From the NCBI RefSeq assembly GCF_018977255.1, contig NW_024704742.1, positions 102,488,001 through 102,548,000 on the forward strand: 60,000 nt of DNA, in the 5' to 3' direction. Below the pieces are notes generated by a model that was given only the letters and a program-made list of their open reading frames with translations, was not told the DNA's origin and ran no database searches. The position numbers and the translations under genes were made by a program. The number at the start of each line of letters is the position of its first letter. The stretch's first letter is position 1. The DNA is from Callorhinchus milii. Taxonomy: Eukaryota. Below, one piece after another: positions 59,431 through 60,000 of this stretch.

Positions 59431-59892
59431 CATCAAACTGGCCCAGAGATACCCCTTAAATGGATTACCAATGAGGCACCAGTGCGACTAGTTCAGCTAT
59501 ACCTTGTCTGCCTTTGCAAACACAAAAGGTAAAGTGTTTCTTCTTTTGCATTTTGCTTTAAAATCCAGACAATAAGTCTTTTCTCCCAACGCCAACCCAA
59601 TGCTGACCCTTCGCTGCCATTTGGCTTGTGACTTGCTCTCTGGCTTTTAATTGTGCACTGTGAGCCACGACCACAACTCTAGTGAACTGTCTGCCTCTCT
59701 TCAGCTGCAGTTGTAGCCTCTCAGTGGATTGGTTTTTTTTTATTTGTCAGCTCTCATCGAGGGTTTTTTTTGTGTGTGTGCTGTTTCTCTGCTCGTATCA
59801 CGTATCAATTTTCTAGATTTTTTTTCACATGGTGACTCTGGTTTTAATTTTGGATGTGACAAGAATAAATCAATGCCCTTGTTTCTCACTAT

Positions 59893-59935
59893 CTCTCTCT
59901 CTCTCTCTCTCTCTTACTCACTCACTCTCTCACTC
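59893..59935. repeat. (CT)n/(CTCA)n microsatellite
   Basis: Directly visible. Confidence 0.9.
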
Positions 59936-60000
59936 AGGCAGCGATGTGTCTGTCCGTGCAATATATTTGAAAATATGGTTTTATGTTTCTTTATTGGATT

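Larger units (their letters stand above)
58960..59528 (+). other. Putative non-coding first (5'UTR) exon of an unidentified gene
   Basis: Transposon-free, CpG-enriched segment with (GA)n and (TG/TGAG)n tracts and several short uORFs. It ends at AAAAG|GTAAAG followed by T-rich, intron-like sequence. The start coordinate is approximate. Confidence 0.5.

Overview
This is eukaryotic, repeat-rich, almost entirely non-coding vertebrate DNA. Its repeat content points to a cartilaginous fish, most likely a holocephalan (chimaera or elephant shark); that assignment is inferred from my recollection of repeat families, not from a search. I recognise no host protein-coding exon. The only protein-like ORFs are decayed LINE ORF2 C-termini (L2 at 3124-3825, CR1 at about 20600-20750). 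The window is a layered mosaic of: (i) a young tRNA-derived SINE with an L2-type tail, in long and short subfamilies (about 15 copies); (ii) an older Deu-domain SINE that shares the young SINE's 3' half; (iii) a very old tRNA-SINE ('family B'); (iv) an unclassified dispersed repeat ('family X'); (v) many 5'-truncated L2 and CR1 3' ends; (vi) a Tigger/pogo-like MITE, a Penelope-type end with a degenerate hammerhead ribozyme, a tRNA-Ala 5' fragment, and mini/microsatellites. The last 1.4 kb looks like a GC-box/G-run promoter followed by a non-coding first exon on the + strand (donor after 59528), with a possible divergent minus-strand exon just upstream. I found no convincing new biological system. 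The most interesting signals are the SINE head swap, strand-switch fusions at the palindromic stem of the L2-type tail, an excess of perfect short hairpins, and the unclassified repeat carrying a conserved splice donor. Coordinates of old repeats are approximate.
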